Below are positions 30,712-41,143 of a stretch of 64,000 nucleotides of DNA, piece by piece. This stretch comes from Pelagomonas calceolata (lineage: Eukaryota): assembly GCA_918797485.1 (NCBI GenBank), contig CAKKNE010000004.1, forward strand, positions 1,426,001 through 1,490,000, given 5' to 3'. Under the pieces are notes generated by a model that did no database searches, was not told the origin of the DNA, and saw nothing but the letters and a program-made list of their open reading frames with translations. The first letter of the stretch is position 1, and every line of letters starts with the position of its first letter. A program made the position numbers and the translations under genes.

Positions 30712-32838
30712 TCAGGCCTGGTCCGAGGACGTCGCGATCATGTCCGGGTTCGCGGCGTCGCTCTGGTGCGAGTTGATGTACTTGCGCAAACCCTCGGGCG
30801 CGAAGCACTCCGCCGAGTTCTTGCCGTAGATCTCCTCGTCGGCGATGAAGCAGATGAGCAGCGTGTCCGCGACCATGTCCACGACGTCGACGAAGATGTC
30901 GCCCAGGTTGTAGGCGAGGAGCCCGACCAGTAAAGTAGGGTAGACGATCGAGTGCGTCTCCTCGGTAAAGGCCTGGCCGAGCCAGATGTAGCACACGAGG
31001 GCGCAGGTCGCGGCGATCATGAGCTTCGTGATGAAGAAGATCGCGCCGCCGATCGTCTCCAGCGCCGCCACGCGCCTCAAATTCCGCAAGACCAGGAAGA
31101 AGCCCTTGCGCGCGGCCGTGCAGAAGGGGTGCCCGAAGATGGCCGTCTGGATGTAGGCCTCCTTGTTGATGAACTTCATGCACTTCTCGAGGCACCAGAT
31201 GCAGCACTGGAAGCAGAAGAAGACGACCCTGGCAATCTTCTTCTGCATGCGCTGGACCGGCCCGTCGCCCGTCGCGTCGATGGCGTTCTCGCACTTGCGC
31301 TGGATGTACATGAGGATCGCTTTAATGATCTTGATGACGGCGATGATGAACGAACCGAAGGCCGCCGTGCCAGCGTGGTACCACGTCGCGTGCCGCGCCG
31401 CGAAGACGACGGTCGAGTTGCCGATCGTCGACCGGTCCCGCGTGAAGTAATACGTAGCGGCCGCGGTGGCGACGATGATCTGCCCGAGGGCCTCGACGAA
31501 CTCCATCGTCCAGAACAGGTCGAAGAGCATGAACCAGAGGGCGCTCTCCTGGTTCTCGGTGACCTCGAAGGTGTGGTAGGGTAGCTTGTCCGGCAGTTCC
31601 ATGCCGAACGAATTTTTACCTCTGTTGTAGAAGCTCCCTTTTGAATCTTTCTCGATGAAGTTCTTCTCCCCGGCCGTCGCGATGAAGACGATGTAGATGA
31701 ACCACACGACCAGGAAGATGGTAATCCCAATACCCTGGACGATCGGCAGCATCACGATGAGCATCATAGAATTCACAACCTTGGCGGCCTCCTTCACCAC
31801 GCCCATGGCCAGCATGATCTGGCGCCGCATGCAGCAGACGGCGCAGAAGAAGAGCGCGGCGCAGAACCAGCAGATGTAGGCGAGGATCTGCGACGCCAGC
31901 TCGTAGGTGTCGTTCTCCGCATCCACCACATCGTCGTCGACGCGCGCGTAGCTTTCGTACTGGGCGTAGAGCAGCGCCCCGAGCGCGAGCATCACGAGGA
32001 ACACGATGAGGATCGTGCCCCAGACGATCGTGAAGAGCACGCCCGGCACCCGGAGCAGACGCATGTAGAGGAAGCCGCAGACGAAGGGCAGGACCAACCC
32101 GGTGATGGCGCACGGCACCTTCGTGACGATGAGGTCCGACAGCAGCTCCTGGAACCACTTGAAGACCGCGCCCGTGCTCTCCTCGAGCGCGTCGTCGGTG
32201 AGTTCGGGGTCTTGTCTTTCTGAGATGGCCGTCCCGTTGGCGTCCGTCATGCCCGTGTCGATGTTCAGGTAGGCGGAGCCGTCCGGGATGCAGTAGCTCA
32301 CGAAGTCAAAAGTCTCGTAGGCCGCCCAGCTGTCGCAGACGCCGTCCTCGCACGACGTGTAGTCGTAAACCAGTTCCAGGTTGTTCTCGGGGCACTTGTG
32401 GACGCAGAAGCCGTAGCCCGACGGCGGGAGCTTGCCCAGGGACGGGCCCGAGAGCGCCACGTTCCACTCGCTGCCCGTCGGGTTCGGGTAGTAGAGGTAG
32501 GGCTTGGACTCGACGGCGCCGCCGTGGCCCTCCTTGCCGCAGATCCAGCCGTTGTGGTCGATCCAATTCGTCAGGATGTAGGGCCGGCCCTGGCCGATGG
32601 CCGGGGACTCGACCCAGCCAAACGCAATAATCCCGAGCCACGTCACGGCGATCCAGTGCGCGATGATAATGAGGAGCCATAAAACATCGGTGCACTTGCG
32701 CTCGGACCGCGGCCCCGCGAAGTCCTTGCCGACATCGAGCTTGTTGATGGCCTTGTGCTGCTCGAGCTCCTTCGCCGACTCGTCGGAGTAGCCGGCGTGC
32801 TCCACAATATTATCGGGGTCGGCCTCCTCCTTGCCCAT
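30712..32838 (-). CDS. Choline transporter-like protein (CTL/SLC44/Pns1 family)
   Basis: RKCTDVLWL, YHAGTAAFGSFII, CCIWCLEKCMKFINKEAYIQTAIFGHPFC, DTLLICF..DEE. Confidence 0.93.
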   Translation of the reverse strand: MGKEEADPDNIVEHAGYSDESAKELEQHKAINKLDVGKDFAGPRSERKCTDVLWLLIIIAHWIAVTWLGIIAFGWVESPAIGQGRPYILTNWIDHNGWICGKEGHGGAVESKPYLYYPNPTGSEWNVALSGPSLGKLPPSGYGFCVHKCPENNLELVYDYTSCEDGVCDSWAAYETFDFVSYCIPDGSAYLNIDTGMTDANGTAISERQDPELTDDALEESTGAVFKWFQELLSDLIVTKVPCAITGLVLPFVCGFLYMRLLRVPGVLFTIVWGTILIVFLVMLALGALLYAQYESYARVDDDVVDAENDTYELASQILAYICWFCAALFFCAVCCMRRQIMLAMGVVKEAAKVVNSMMLIVMLPIVQGIGITIFLVVWFIYIVFIATAGEKNFIEKDSKGSFYNRGKNSFGMELPDKLPYHTFEVTENQESALWFMLFDLFWTMEFVEALGQIIVATAAATYYFTRDRSTIGNSTVVFAARHATWYHAGTAAFGSFIIAVIKIIKAILMYIQRKCENAIDATGDGPVQRMQKKIARVVFFCFQCCIWCLEKCMKFINKEAYIQTAIFGHPFCTAARKGFFLVLRNLRRVAALETIGGAIFFITKLMIAATCALVCYIWLGQAFTEETHSIVYPTLLVGLLAYNLGDIFVDVVDMVADTLLICFIADEEIYGKNSAECFAPEGLRKYINSHQSDAANPDMIATSSDQA

Positions 32839-33126
32839 TTTGTCTTCCCAGTGTTATGAGCTCCTGGCGCGCGCTTCGTGGAAGGAGCGCCTCCCTTCAA
32901 ACAGAAGGCTGCCCGGCGCTGCCCGCGTCGGCGCGGCTTCGTGTCAGGAGCGCACGGCGCGGAAACAGCCGCGCATAGATTGCAAAAAAAGCCCGGCGGC
33001 CGGCCCGCGCGGGCCCGGCGCGGGACACGTCGAGCGGCCGGCGGGAGCCGTTGCGAGGGGTCCGGGGGCGCGAGAGCGTCCCTGGTCGTGTGAAAACCCG
33101 CACGTACTTACTCTAGAAAACTCACC

Positions 33127-34449
33127 CTACTCGAGGAACACGACCCCCACGGGCTCTATGATGTCCGCGGGCGCGCGGCGCCGCCGCGGCGACGGGCCGC
33201 ACCGCTCCGCGAAGCGCGCCGCCGGCGGCGCCGCGCGCACCTGGGACGCCGCCGCGGCGTGGTCGGCCGCGCGCGCGGCCGCCTCGACGAAGACCGCGTC
33301 GTCCTCGGAGTAGCCCGCGGCGCGCCAGGCGGCCACGAGCGCCGCGGACGCGGCGCCCGGCGCCGCCCGCAGCGCCGCCCGCGCCCGGCAGAACGCCGCG
33401 ACGCCCGCCTCGTCATTATTGGTGCCGGCGCAGGCGTAGGCGGCGACGGCCGCGGCGGCACGCGCGGCGTCTCCATCAATGCCGCCCTCGCGCACCGCGG
33501 CGGCCCGGAGCGCGCGCGCACAGCGTTTCGACGAGGGGAAGCGGCCGCCGTCCGCGAACCGCGACGCGAGGCGGTAGAGGCGCGGCGGTGCCGACGGCGG
33601 CGCCGCGTGGCCCGCGGAAGCGCCGCAGCGCGGACACGGCGGCACGCAGCCCGCCGACGGGAGCTTGACGGCGTAGACGTCGAAGGCCCCGGGCGCCGCG
33701 ACCGTCGCCATCGTCTCTTTCTGCAGGCCGGGCCGCGCGTGGTCCCGGCACGGCGCGCCGCCGCAGTCCGCGGCGACGCACGCGCCGCACAGATTTTGAG
33801 GCGGCCGGACGCCGTCGAGCACGCGCACGCGCTGCGGCCACGGCGCCCCGCGTAACGCGCGCGCCGCGGCGTCCGCTTTGGCCGACGCGCCCTCCCTTGC
33901 ATCTCTGACAATATAGACGACCCAGTGCTGCGGGTCGTCCGTGGCGCCCTTCCCTCGCACGTGCGCGAAACAATAACACTTCAGCGTCGCGTCCCAGGCG
34001 TCGCCCGCGCCGTCGGCCTCGAGCACGAGGAGCCGCCGCCTCGTCTTCGCGTCCGGGACATACGTCCGGTGCGCGGGGCCCTTGACCAAACTCCGGACGC
34101 TGCGCCGCTGCTGCGCGAGGGCCGTGATGGTCTTGATCTTCACCTTCACGCTGCTCCAGCGTGCCCGCGCTCGCTCGGACGCCGCCGCGTCGTTTCGTTT
34201 GACGGGTGCGCTCGTCGGGCGTCGGCGTCGTGGCGGCGACGGCGTGCGCTCGCGGGCCGCGGTCGCGAAGGCGCTCTTCGGGCGGCTTTTTCGTGGCGGC
34301 GAATCGCGGGCCGCCGTCGCGAAGGCGCGCGCCGGCGAGCGGGGCGGCGGCGTCGGGGCGCGCCGCCGGCGGCGCGGCGTCACGTCGGGCAGAAGGGGCT
34401 GGACGCGCGGCTCCGGGGAGTTGACGAGGCCGTAGGCCGTGTAGTACAT
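33127..34449 (-). CDS. Hypothetical protein
   Basis: 440-aa ORF with ATG; SR-like N-terminal repeats (AFATAARxxP x2), Cys pairs; no family recognised. Confidence 0.5.
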   Translation of the reverse strand: MYYTAYGLVNSPEPRVQPLLPDVTPRRRRRAPTPPPRSPARAFATAARDSPPRKSRPKSAFATAARERTPSPPRRRRPTSAPVKRNDAAASERARARWSSVKVKIKTITALAQQRRSVRSLVKGPAHRTYVPDAKTRRRLLVLEADGAGDAWDATLKCYCFAHVRGKGATDDPQHWVVYIVRDAREGASAKADAAARALRGAPWPQRVRVLDGVRPPQNLCGACVAADCGGAPCRDHARPGLQKETMATVAAPGAFDVYAVKLPSAGCVPPCPRCGASAGHAAPPSAPPRLYRLASRFADGGRFPSSKRCARALRAAAVREGGIDGDAARAAAAVAAYACAGTNNDEAGVAAFCRARAALRAAPGAASAALVAAWRAAGYSEDDAVFVEAAARAADHAAAASQVRAAPPAARFAERCGPSPRRRRAPADIIEPVGVVFLE

Positions 34450-34751
34450 GTTTTGCGCGCTTTCCGCTCCCGGGGCAGCCTCCTGGTGATCTATAAATGC
34501 TCGGAGAGCATGGGGGGCGGCCTCTTGCCGGTTCTAGGTCGCGTCACCTGGGCTATTGGCTCGGAGAGCATGGCTTTGTTGAGAGCGCGTTGTCTAGTAG
34601 CTTCCGGCGCCGGGTCGCCCACGAGTCTTAGCACCGCAACGTTAGCGGCCGGGGCCAGCGAGTGATCGGGCTGGGGCGCGAGGCGCGGGGGAGCCCGCCA
34701 GGGAGTGAAAAGCCCGGTGGTTTAACGAGAGGCTAGCGAACAACAGACATC

Positions 34752-36296
34752 CTAGTAGAAGATCAGGTGCGTGAGGCCCGCGTAGGGCGCGCCCGTCTTG
34801 CGCCCGCGCGCGGCCTTCTTGGCGGCGCCCGGCGGCGGCGCGAACGTGAGGCCGACGACGTGGCGGCCGGCGGCCAGCGCTTCGATGACGACGTGGCACG
34901 TGTCCTTGACGTCGTAGATCTTGAGGGCCGCGGGCGGCTTCGCCGGGAGCGCCACGGCCGCGCCGTCGAGCGTCCAGCGCACGTTGCCCTTGAGCGGCAG
35001 GCGCCCGGCCGGGCACCGACCCCAGGGGCACGGCGCCTCGCAGGCCACGAGGGGTCTACTGGAAGTCTTCACGTCGATGGCAAACGTCGCCTCGCCGCTC
35101 GTAGCCGACGAAGAGAACAGCACCTTGCGGTCCACATAACCCATGGGGTGCGCCGCCCAGCGCGCGTCCTCGCGCGGGCCCCAGCCCGACGCGTCGACGA
35201 CCGCGTCCTCGAGGGCGTGGCCGACGCGCGGCCGCATGCTCGTGAGGCACGTCGGGGACCGGTCGCAGAGCGCGGCCTCGCAGCCCATGCGCTTCGGTAA
35301 AGGTGGAACCGATTCCTCGATGAGCGCCTCCCTCCGCAGGGCTCTGCTTAAAACGCCGAGATAGGCGTGCGCCCAGCACAGCCCCCAGAGCCGGTGGAGG
35401 CCCGCCGCCGGGTGGTGCCTCGCTAATCGCCGCCGGGGCAACGCCGGCTCGCTCATATCCGGCCGGGGCGGGTCGCCCTTGCCCTCGTGGAAGAGCTTCT
35501 CGGAACCCTTCTTCAATGCCTCGAAACCGCTCCTCCTCAAATGCACCAACAACCCCCCAAAGTCCCCGGAATGCGCGCCGACACCGGAATAAGAATCGAC
35601 GACCCACTTCCCGCCGCAACTCTGCTTCGCGTTGCTCCCCGCCGGAACACGCTTTTTGTGGTCGTCGTCCTTCGGCAGGAACACGCCCCCTTGCCAGAAG
35701 AGGACCGCCGGCGCACTCCCGTCCGTCTGTAAATGACGCACGAAGTGCTCGACGGCGCACGACCCGCGGTCGGCCATCATCTGGTAGTCCCAGGCCACGA
35801 CGTCGTTGTCGGCGCCGGCCATCGTAATCACGCACGTGTGTGAAGGCATGCTGCCGAAGCCGCCGACCGCGTGGTTCCGGAATTGCAAGTTGATGCCCTC
35901 CGTCCTCAATACAGCCCCGAAGTGCCTCGCAAAGACGTGCGGGAAGCTCTCGTTGTGGTAGACGTCGTGGCCTGCGGTGGTTGAGATGCCGAGCTGCGCG
36001 ATCCGCACTTCGCCTCGTTTGATCCCTCCGAGCAGCTTTCTTTCGAGAGTTTTCGTGCCCCGGCCATAGGTCATGAACTCGTCTATTTTCTTACCCACGT
36101 CGTCGTCGAAGCCGTAGTGGTCTCTTATCCGCTTCCGGTGCGCGTCGGCCGCGGCTGCCAATCGGTGGACGTCGACCGCCGTTTTTGTTAATGTCTTCTC
36201 GGCGTACTGTCTGACAAACAACGCGAGCTCGTCGCCGTGGTTCTTCGCCCCGGCGGCGGCGAGGAGCAGCGCGAGCGCTGCTTGCACGGCGCGCAT
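34752..36296 (-). CDS. Secreted SGNH/GDSL-hydrolase-like protein
   Basis: Signal peptide; LGISTTAGHD (block I-like), NHAVGG (block II), WDYQMMAD, HHPAAGLH (block V-like). Confidence 0.65.
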   Translation of the reverse strand: MRAVQAALALLLAAAGAKNHGDELALFVRQYAEKTLTKTAVDVHRLAAAADAHRKRIRDHYGFDDDVGKKIDEFMTYGRGTKTLERKLLGGIKRGEVRIAQLGISTTAGHDVYHNESFPHVFARHFGAVLRTEGINLQFRNHAVGGFGSMPSHTCVITMAGADNDVVAWDYQMMADRGSCAVEHFVRHLQTDGSAPAVLFWQGGVFLPKDDDHKKRVPAGSNAKQSCGGKWVVDSYSGVGAHSGDFGGLLVHLRRSGFEALKKGSEKLFHEGKGDPPRPDMSEPALPRRRLARHHPAAGLHRLWGLCWAHAYLGVLSRALRREALIEESVPPLPKRMGCEAALCDRSPTCLTSMRPRVGHALEDAVVDASGWGPREDARWAAHPMGYVDRKVLFSSSATSGEATFAIDVKTSSRPLVACEAPCPWGRCPAGRLPLKGNVRWTLDGAAVALPAKPPAALKIYDVKDTCHVVIEALAAGRHVVGLTFAPPPGAAKKAARGRKTGAPYAGLTHLIFY

Positions 36297-36641
36297 GGCT
36301 GCTAGCAGTGATTGTCACGCCTCATATACGGTTTCGAGCTGCAGCCTTGCAATGTGCACGTAACGTATCTCTTTGCTTTTACAGGTACAGCAGCAAGCCC
36401 AGCCTGCCCAGGCTTTGCTTGCTAGTATCTTACTGTACGCTAGCGCGGCTTGCTGGCTTGCTCGAGGTTTTGGGGCTATACGGCCCCTGCATTTATCAAT
36501 TGACGCTGCAGTACCCCATTCGCTACCCTCTCCGCTAGGATTACCCAGCTGTGCGACGGTCTGGACCCTTGGGACAGCCGCAGCAGAGGTGGGCAAAGAG
36601 CTCGGAGAGGCCAGTGCCGAAACTAATCGGACGAAGGCGGG

Positions 36642-37403
36642 ATGCGGCGAAAACTGCTGCTGCTGGGCGCGGTAGCAGGCGTGCGAGGGCTCGTCCCGGC
36701 GCCGCGACCACGGACGCGCCGTATAGCGAGGCACGTCTTCGACAACGACGAGGTCGCCGCGGCGCGCGACGACGTGGAGGCGGCCGCGGCGCGGTTGCGG
36801 GACGCCGAGCGGCGGCTGGCGGAGGCGAAGCGGTCCGCGCCGCGGCCGCGGCCCGCGAACGCCCGGACCCTTATAGATAGGAGCGACGCGGGCACGCTGC
36901 TCCTCACGGTGCCGCCGGCGGGCCTCGGCGGCTCGACGCTCATGGGCGCGGCCTTCGGCGCCGCGTGGTTCTCCGCCATCGTGCCCGCGACGGCCGGCAT
37001 GGTCGCGACGGGCGCGGTGCTCGGCGGCGTCTTCATGGCGCCGTTCTGGCTCGCCGGCGGCGCGGTGCTCAAGACGACGCTCGTGGACCCGGCGAAGAAG
37101 ACGACGCTGTCCGTCGGCCGCTACGCGTGGGAGCTCTCCCAGACGCTGCCCGGCGGCGTCGCCGTGAGCTCGGACCGCGGCGCCACGGACGAGCTCGCCG
37201 GCGCCGACGTCGCCGTGACCGTCGTGACGAACGGCGTGCCGCAGTACGCGTGCCGCCTCGTGGCCGGCGCGCGGGCGTGGGGCCTCGGCGACGGCCTCCC
37301 GCGGGGCGAGCTCGAGTGGGTCGCGTCCGAGATCAACGACCAGCTCTCGTCCTTCGCGGGGGGCGAGGACCTCCTCGCGCCCCCGCCGGGGCGCGTAAGT
37401 TAG
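36642..37403 (+). CDS. Probable plastid-targeted membrane protein of unknown function
   Basis: Signal peptide plus Arg-rich transit-like region; two TM helices (FMAPFWLAG); GDGLPRGELEWVASEIN tail. Confidence 0.6.
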   Translation: MRRKLLLLGAVAGVRGLVPAPRPRTRRIARHVFDNDEVAAARDDVEAAAARLRDAERRLAEAKRSAPRPRPANARTLIDRSDAGTLLLTVPPAGLGGSTLMGAAFGAAWFSAIVPATAGMVATGAVLGGVFMAPFWLAGGAVLKTTLVDPAKKTTLSVGRYAWELSQTLPGGVAVSSDRGATDELAGADVAVTVVTNGVPQYACRLVAGARAWGLGDGLPRGELEWVASEINDQLSSFAGGEDLLAPPPGRVS

Positions 37404-37414
37404 GGCCTAGGTGC

Positions 37415-38146
37415 TTAGTAGGCCGACGGCATGTCGCACGGGTTCTTGGCCTCGTCGAAGAGCTCCTTGAGGCACTCGGGGACCGGGTCGACCTCGACGC
37501 GGTCGGGGACGTACTCCTCGGTCGGCCGGTAGACCCAGGGGTCCTCCCACTTGACCGGCTCCTTGTAGGACGCCTCGAGCTCCGCCGCGAGCTTCTCGAG
37601 CAGCTCGGGCGGGGCGCCGCTGCCCGTGCACCAGTAGGGGTAGCCGACCTCGGACACCTTCGACGGGTCCGCGGGCTTGTTGCGCATGTAGGCCGGGATC
37701 GAGTCGCGCCCGTTGACGGGCACGTCCCAGGGCGCGGGCGGCGGCGCCGGCGCCGCCGCCTCGGCCGCCGGCGCCGGCGCGGCCGCCGGCGCCGGCGCGG
37801 CCGCCTCGTCGCCCTCGTAGGACCGCGGCCCGCGCGGGACCGGCGCCGCCTCGGGCGGCGCGTCGCGCCGGACGCGGCGCCCGTCGCTCCGGACCATCTC
37901 CCTCAAATCCACCCAGTCGTCGTCGCGGCAGAAGACGACGCGCTGGACGCCGGCCTGGTGGCACCACTCGAGGCGGTTGGCCTGGTCCTGCTCGTACTGG
38001 ACCCAGCGCGGCGGCTTCGCCCTCGCGCCCTTCCGGGCGGGCGCCGGCGCCTCCTGCCAGAACCACGTGCCCGGCGCGAACTTGGGGCCGAGCCGGACGA
38101 CGTCGGGGTCGCTCCGGTTGGTCTCTTGCTTCGCCTCGCTGGCCAT
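37415..38146 (-). CDS. WWE-like domain protein
   Basis: WFWQE...RWVQYEQDQANRLE...WVDLREMV...RRVRR matches the WWE pattern. Confidence 0.65.
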   Translation of the reverse strand: MASEAKQETNRSDPDVVRLGPKFAPGTWFWQEAPAPARKGARAKPPRWVQYEQDQANRLEWCHQAGVQRVVFCRDDDWVDLREMVRSDGRRVRRDAPPEAAPVPRGPRSYEGDEAAAPAPAAAPAPAAEAAAPAPPPAPWDVPVNGRDSIPAYMRNKPADPSKVSEVGYPYWCTGSGAPPELLEKLAAELEASYKEPVKWEDPWVYRPTEEYVPDRVEVDPVPECLKELFDEAKNPCDMPSAY

Positions 38147-39041
38147 CGTGGGGCCTGGCCCACCTGGGCAGGTAGGGGCTGCCCAAAGGTCACACGCGTG
38201 GCGGCTGCGCCGCGCTGCCCCGGCAGGGAGTGGAGTATAACGTGGCTTCTGCGCCAGTCGTCGGAGCTACCGGGCGCTCGGTGAACGCATTAATGAGCCT
38301 GGCGCCGAGGCGCTCCGCAGGCTTGCTAGTGTCTTACATGCCGCTAGCTTGCCAATCAGGGCGAGGTTCCTCGGCTGACCGGCTGAAGCGCCCATCCCCG
38401 CGCGGGGGCTGGGTAAGACGGCGGGTCGTCGCCTCCGCGTCTGGGGTTTGGAGTCGAGAGTCGAGATCCCCCGCGCCGACTAAGTAGCGATGAAAACAGA
38501 TATGTTCTCCAAAAGTTAAAACTTCAAAAGACCTCCGCTGGTCGGACGGGTGGGCGTGGGGACTTGGGGACTTCGGTGACCATAGGGAATTCTTGTGGCG
38601 TGCGTCGAGCCTTCACGGCGGCGGCGGCAGCGCGTCGAGCGCGGCGCGAGGCGCCGCCGCCGCCGCCAGGGCGCCCGTGAGTCGTAGCAACATAGTGACT
38701 ATTTAGAGTATGAGACGCGCCCACTTACACGCAACACTGACATGAGCCTCTAAAACCCGTTTTGGTTGGAATAGCAAGCAGCAAGCCGTAGGCGCGCGCC
38801 CCCGCAACCCGAATTGACTATAGCTATTCCCCAGCAAAAAGCCGTCGAGCGCCTCTCACGCGGCGCACGCGTTTTCGGGCAGCCTCGTCTCGTCGCGCCA
38901 GCCCCCAAGTGCGACGGTCCGCAGTCGTCCACACACCGCCGTGCGGGCGGATGCAGCCCCCCGTGCGCCACCCATATTTGCGGGCCGAGTAAAGCGAAGG
39001 CTCAAGACACATAGTCCGCGGCGAGCGCCGGGCCGTGTAGA

Positions 39042-41024
39042 ATGAGGCGCCTGCTGCCCCTCGGCGCCGCGGCCGCGGCCGCGGCCCAGGTCACGCTCTG
39101 GCGCAACTGCCACGGCCCCGTCGCGGCCTACGCGGGCGCCTGGCTCGCGCGGCGCGACCTCTTCCAGGAGACGGCCTTCGGCGACTCGCTGGGCATGGAG
39201 TACCACGACTACAACGTCTACCACCAGGGGGGCAACGGGCGGCCGCGCGTGGCGCTGAAGAGCGCGCGGGCGACGGACTTCTACGTCGAGCACCTGTCGG
39301 AGTACGAGCACGCGGTGCGCCGCCGCGCGCGCGACCCGGAGGTCCTCATGCGGAGGCAGGCCGAGGACGCCGCGCGGGCCTGCGACGAGCCGCGCGCCGC
39401 CGCCGACTACCCGGCGGGCGCGGCGCCGCCGCTCGTGCTCATTCCCTTCTGGGGCGGCCTGCCCCAGAAGGGCGGCAACGCCCACTCCAAGGTGTCCGTG
39501 GAGGAGAAGCTCCTGCAGCTCCGGGGCGTGGCGTGCTCCGTGCGCAACACCTTCCCCGGCGCGGCGCTCGTCGTCGGCGTCGCGTCGGCGGCCGACGAGG
39601 CGTACGTCGCGGGCGCGGTCAACGCCTCGGAGGTCCTGCGCCTCGACGTCGCCCACGGCGCGCACCTGTCCTTCACGCTCTTCCGGCGCGTCCAGGAGCT
39701 GATCGACGCGGGCCACGGCCGCTACGCGGCCGTCGACTACATCTTCTTCACGGAGGCGGACCAGGTCCTGCGGGCCGCCCTGTCGCCCCGGGCGCTCGTC
39801 GCCGCGCTCGGCCGCCAGGTCTACGTCGTCCCGAACCGGCTCGAGGAGCCGTTCCCCGCGGGCACGAGCAAGGACTACGCCACGCCCCAGGGCCGCCGGC
39901 TCCGCTTCGGCCAGAACATGTGCAACGGCGAGCTCGTCGCGACGTCCGACGGCCGCGCCGCGCCGGCGCCGCCGCACCACATCTACCGCGCCGGCCGCCG
40001 GAACAGCGTGCGCCGGGGCGGCGGGGACCCGCTGCCGTGGCGGGGCGCCGACCGCCGGCCGCCCGTGTCGCGGGACGAGCTCGAGGGCGTCGTCCGGGCG
40101 GTGCGGGCCTTCGGCAGGGCGCCCTACGCCGGCTCCTCGCGGGAGCGCCGGCTGCGGTCAGCCGCGGAGGCCCTGGGGACGACGTTCGGCCGCTGCTGGG
40201 CCGTCGCCGAGAAGCGGGCCCAGGCCTGGTTCGCGCAGCGCGACGCCGTCAAGGCAGCGGACTTCGGCCGCGTCCGCCAGCCCCTCAAGGACCTGAGCCA
40301 GCTCTCCGAGGCCATCGACGCGCTCAAGTGGTCGCCGGCCTGGCACGTCTGGGCGCTCGCCCCGGCGAACGCCAGCTTCAGCGTGTGCCACCGGTGCCGC
40401 GCGGCCGCGGCGTGCGCCTTCGAGGCGCCCGTCGCCCGGACGCGGCGCAACGCGACGGACCTCGTCGCCCTGCTCGCCCTGCCGCTGGACGAGGACCTCG
40501 AGCCGGCGCTCGTGCGGCGGTCGGTCTGCGCCGCGCGGAGGGCCTTCGGGGGCGTCGTCGTCGGCGTCTGCGACGGCGCCGACCTCAGGGCCCTGGACCT
40601 GCTGGACGACGCCGAGGACGGCGTTTTCGACGCGACGGCCCTGCCCGACGGCGTCTTCGTCGTGCCGCTCCCGTGCGCGGCGGCGCCGCGGGCCCAGACG
40701 TCCGCGCGGCACGTCGACCACGCGGCCGCGGCGCCGCTCGTGAAGTGGGCCCACGCGCAAGTCAAGGGCGACGCCGCGGCGTGGCGCGGCCTCTTCTTCG
40801 CGGCCGTCGGCGACGTCGTCGCCGTGCGCGACGTCGACGCGCTCGCGGCGGCCGCCGCGCCGACGACGTTCGTCGTGCCGCACCGCCTGCGCGACGGCGC
40901 CGCGAGGCACAACAAGCGGCCGCCCTGCGACGCGCGCGAGCGCGACTGGGTGACGCCGCTCGCCGACCCCGGCCGGGGCGACGCGCGGCGCGACCTGACG
41001 GCGTACCACGTCGTGCCCCGGTAA
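39042..41024 (+). CDS. Secreted protein with two tandem GT-A-like domains, the second degenerate
   Basis: Signal peptide; CSVRNTF..VVGVAS..D...YIFFTEADQVL...YVVPNRLEE repeated as SVCAARRAF.GVVVGVCD..D...LFFAAVGDVV...FVVPHRLRD. Confidence 0.6.
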   Translation: MRRLLPLGAAAAAAAQVTLWRNCHGPVAAYAGAWLARRDLFQETAFGDSLGMEYHDYNVYHQGGNGRPRVALKSARATDFYVEHLSEYEHAVRRRARDPEVLMRRQAEDAARACDEPRAAADYPAGAAPPLVLIPFWGGLPQKGGNAHSKVSVEEKLLQLRGVACSVRNTFPGAALVVGVASAADEAYVAGAVNASEVLRLDVAHGAHLSFTLFRRVQELIDAGHGRYAAVDYIFFTEADQVLRAALSPRALVAALGRQVYVVPNRLEEPFPAGTSKDYATPQGRRLRFGQNMCNGELVATSDGRAAPAPPHHIYRAGRRNSVRRGGGDPLPWRGADRRPPVSRDELEGVVRAVRAFGRAPYAGSSRERRLRSAAEALGTTFGRCWAVAEKRAQAWFAQRDAVKAADFGRVRQPLKDLSQLSEAIDALKWSPAWHVWALAPANASFSVCHRCRAAAACAFEAPVARTRRNATDLVALLALPLDEDLEPALVRRSVCAARRAFGGVVVGVCDGADLRALDLLDDAEDGVFDATALPDGVFVVPLPCAAAPRAQTSARHVDHAAAAPLVKWAHAQVKGDAAAWRGLFFAAVGDVVAVRDVDALAAAAAPTTFVVPHRLRDGAARHNKRPPCDARERDWVTPLADPGRGDARRDLTAYHVVPR

Positions 41025-41136
41025 ATGAACTTGAAGGTACTTACGTCTCCCCGGCGTGACGGACGAGCGGGGTCCGGGGCGACGCGCGTACCAAGTCGTG
41101 CCCCGGTAAACTTAAGGTCCTTACGTCTCTCCGGCG
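40973..41136 (+). repeat. Imperfect direct duplication of the 3' end/3'UTR of the 39042-41024 gene
   Basis: gcgtaccacgtcgtgccccggtaaa...aaggtacttacgtctccccggcg (41001-41056) recurs as gcgtaccaagtcgtgccccggtaaa..aaggtccttacgtctctccggcg (41086-41136); ccggggcgacgcgcg at 40973 and 41074. Confidence 0.8.
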
Positions 41137-41143
41137 CGGCCGC

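Noticed and set aside
38401..38475. tRNA-like hairpin closed by CGCGGGG/CCCCGCG
   Set aside because: No convincing D-arm, anticodon arm or TTCGA T-loop.
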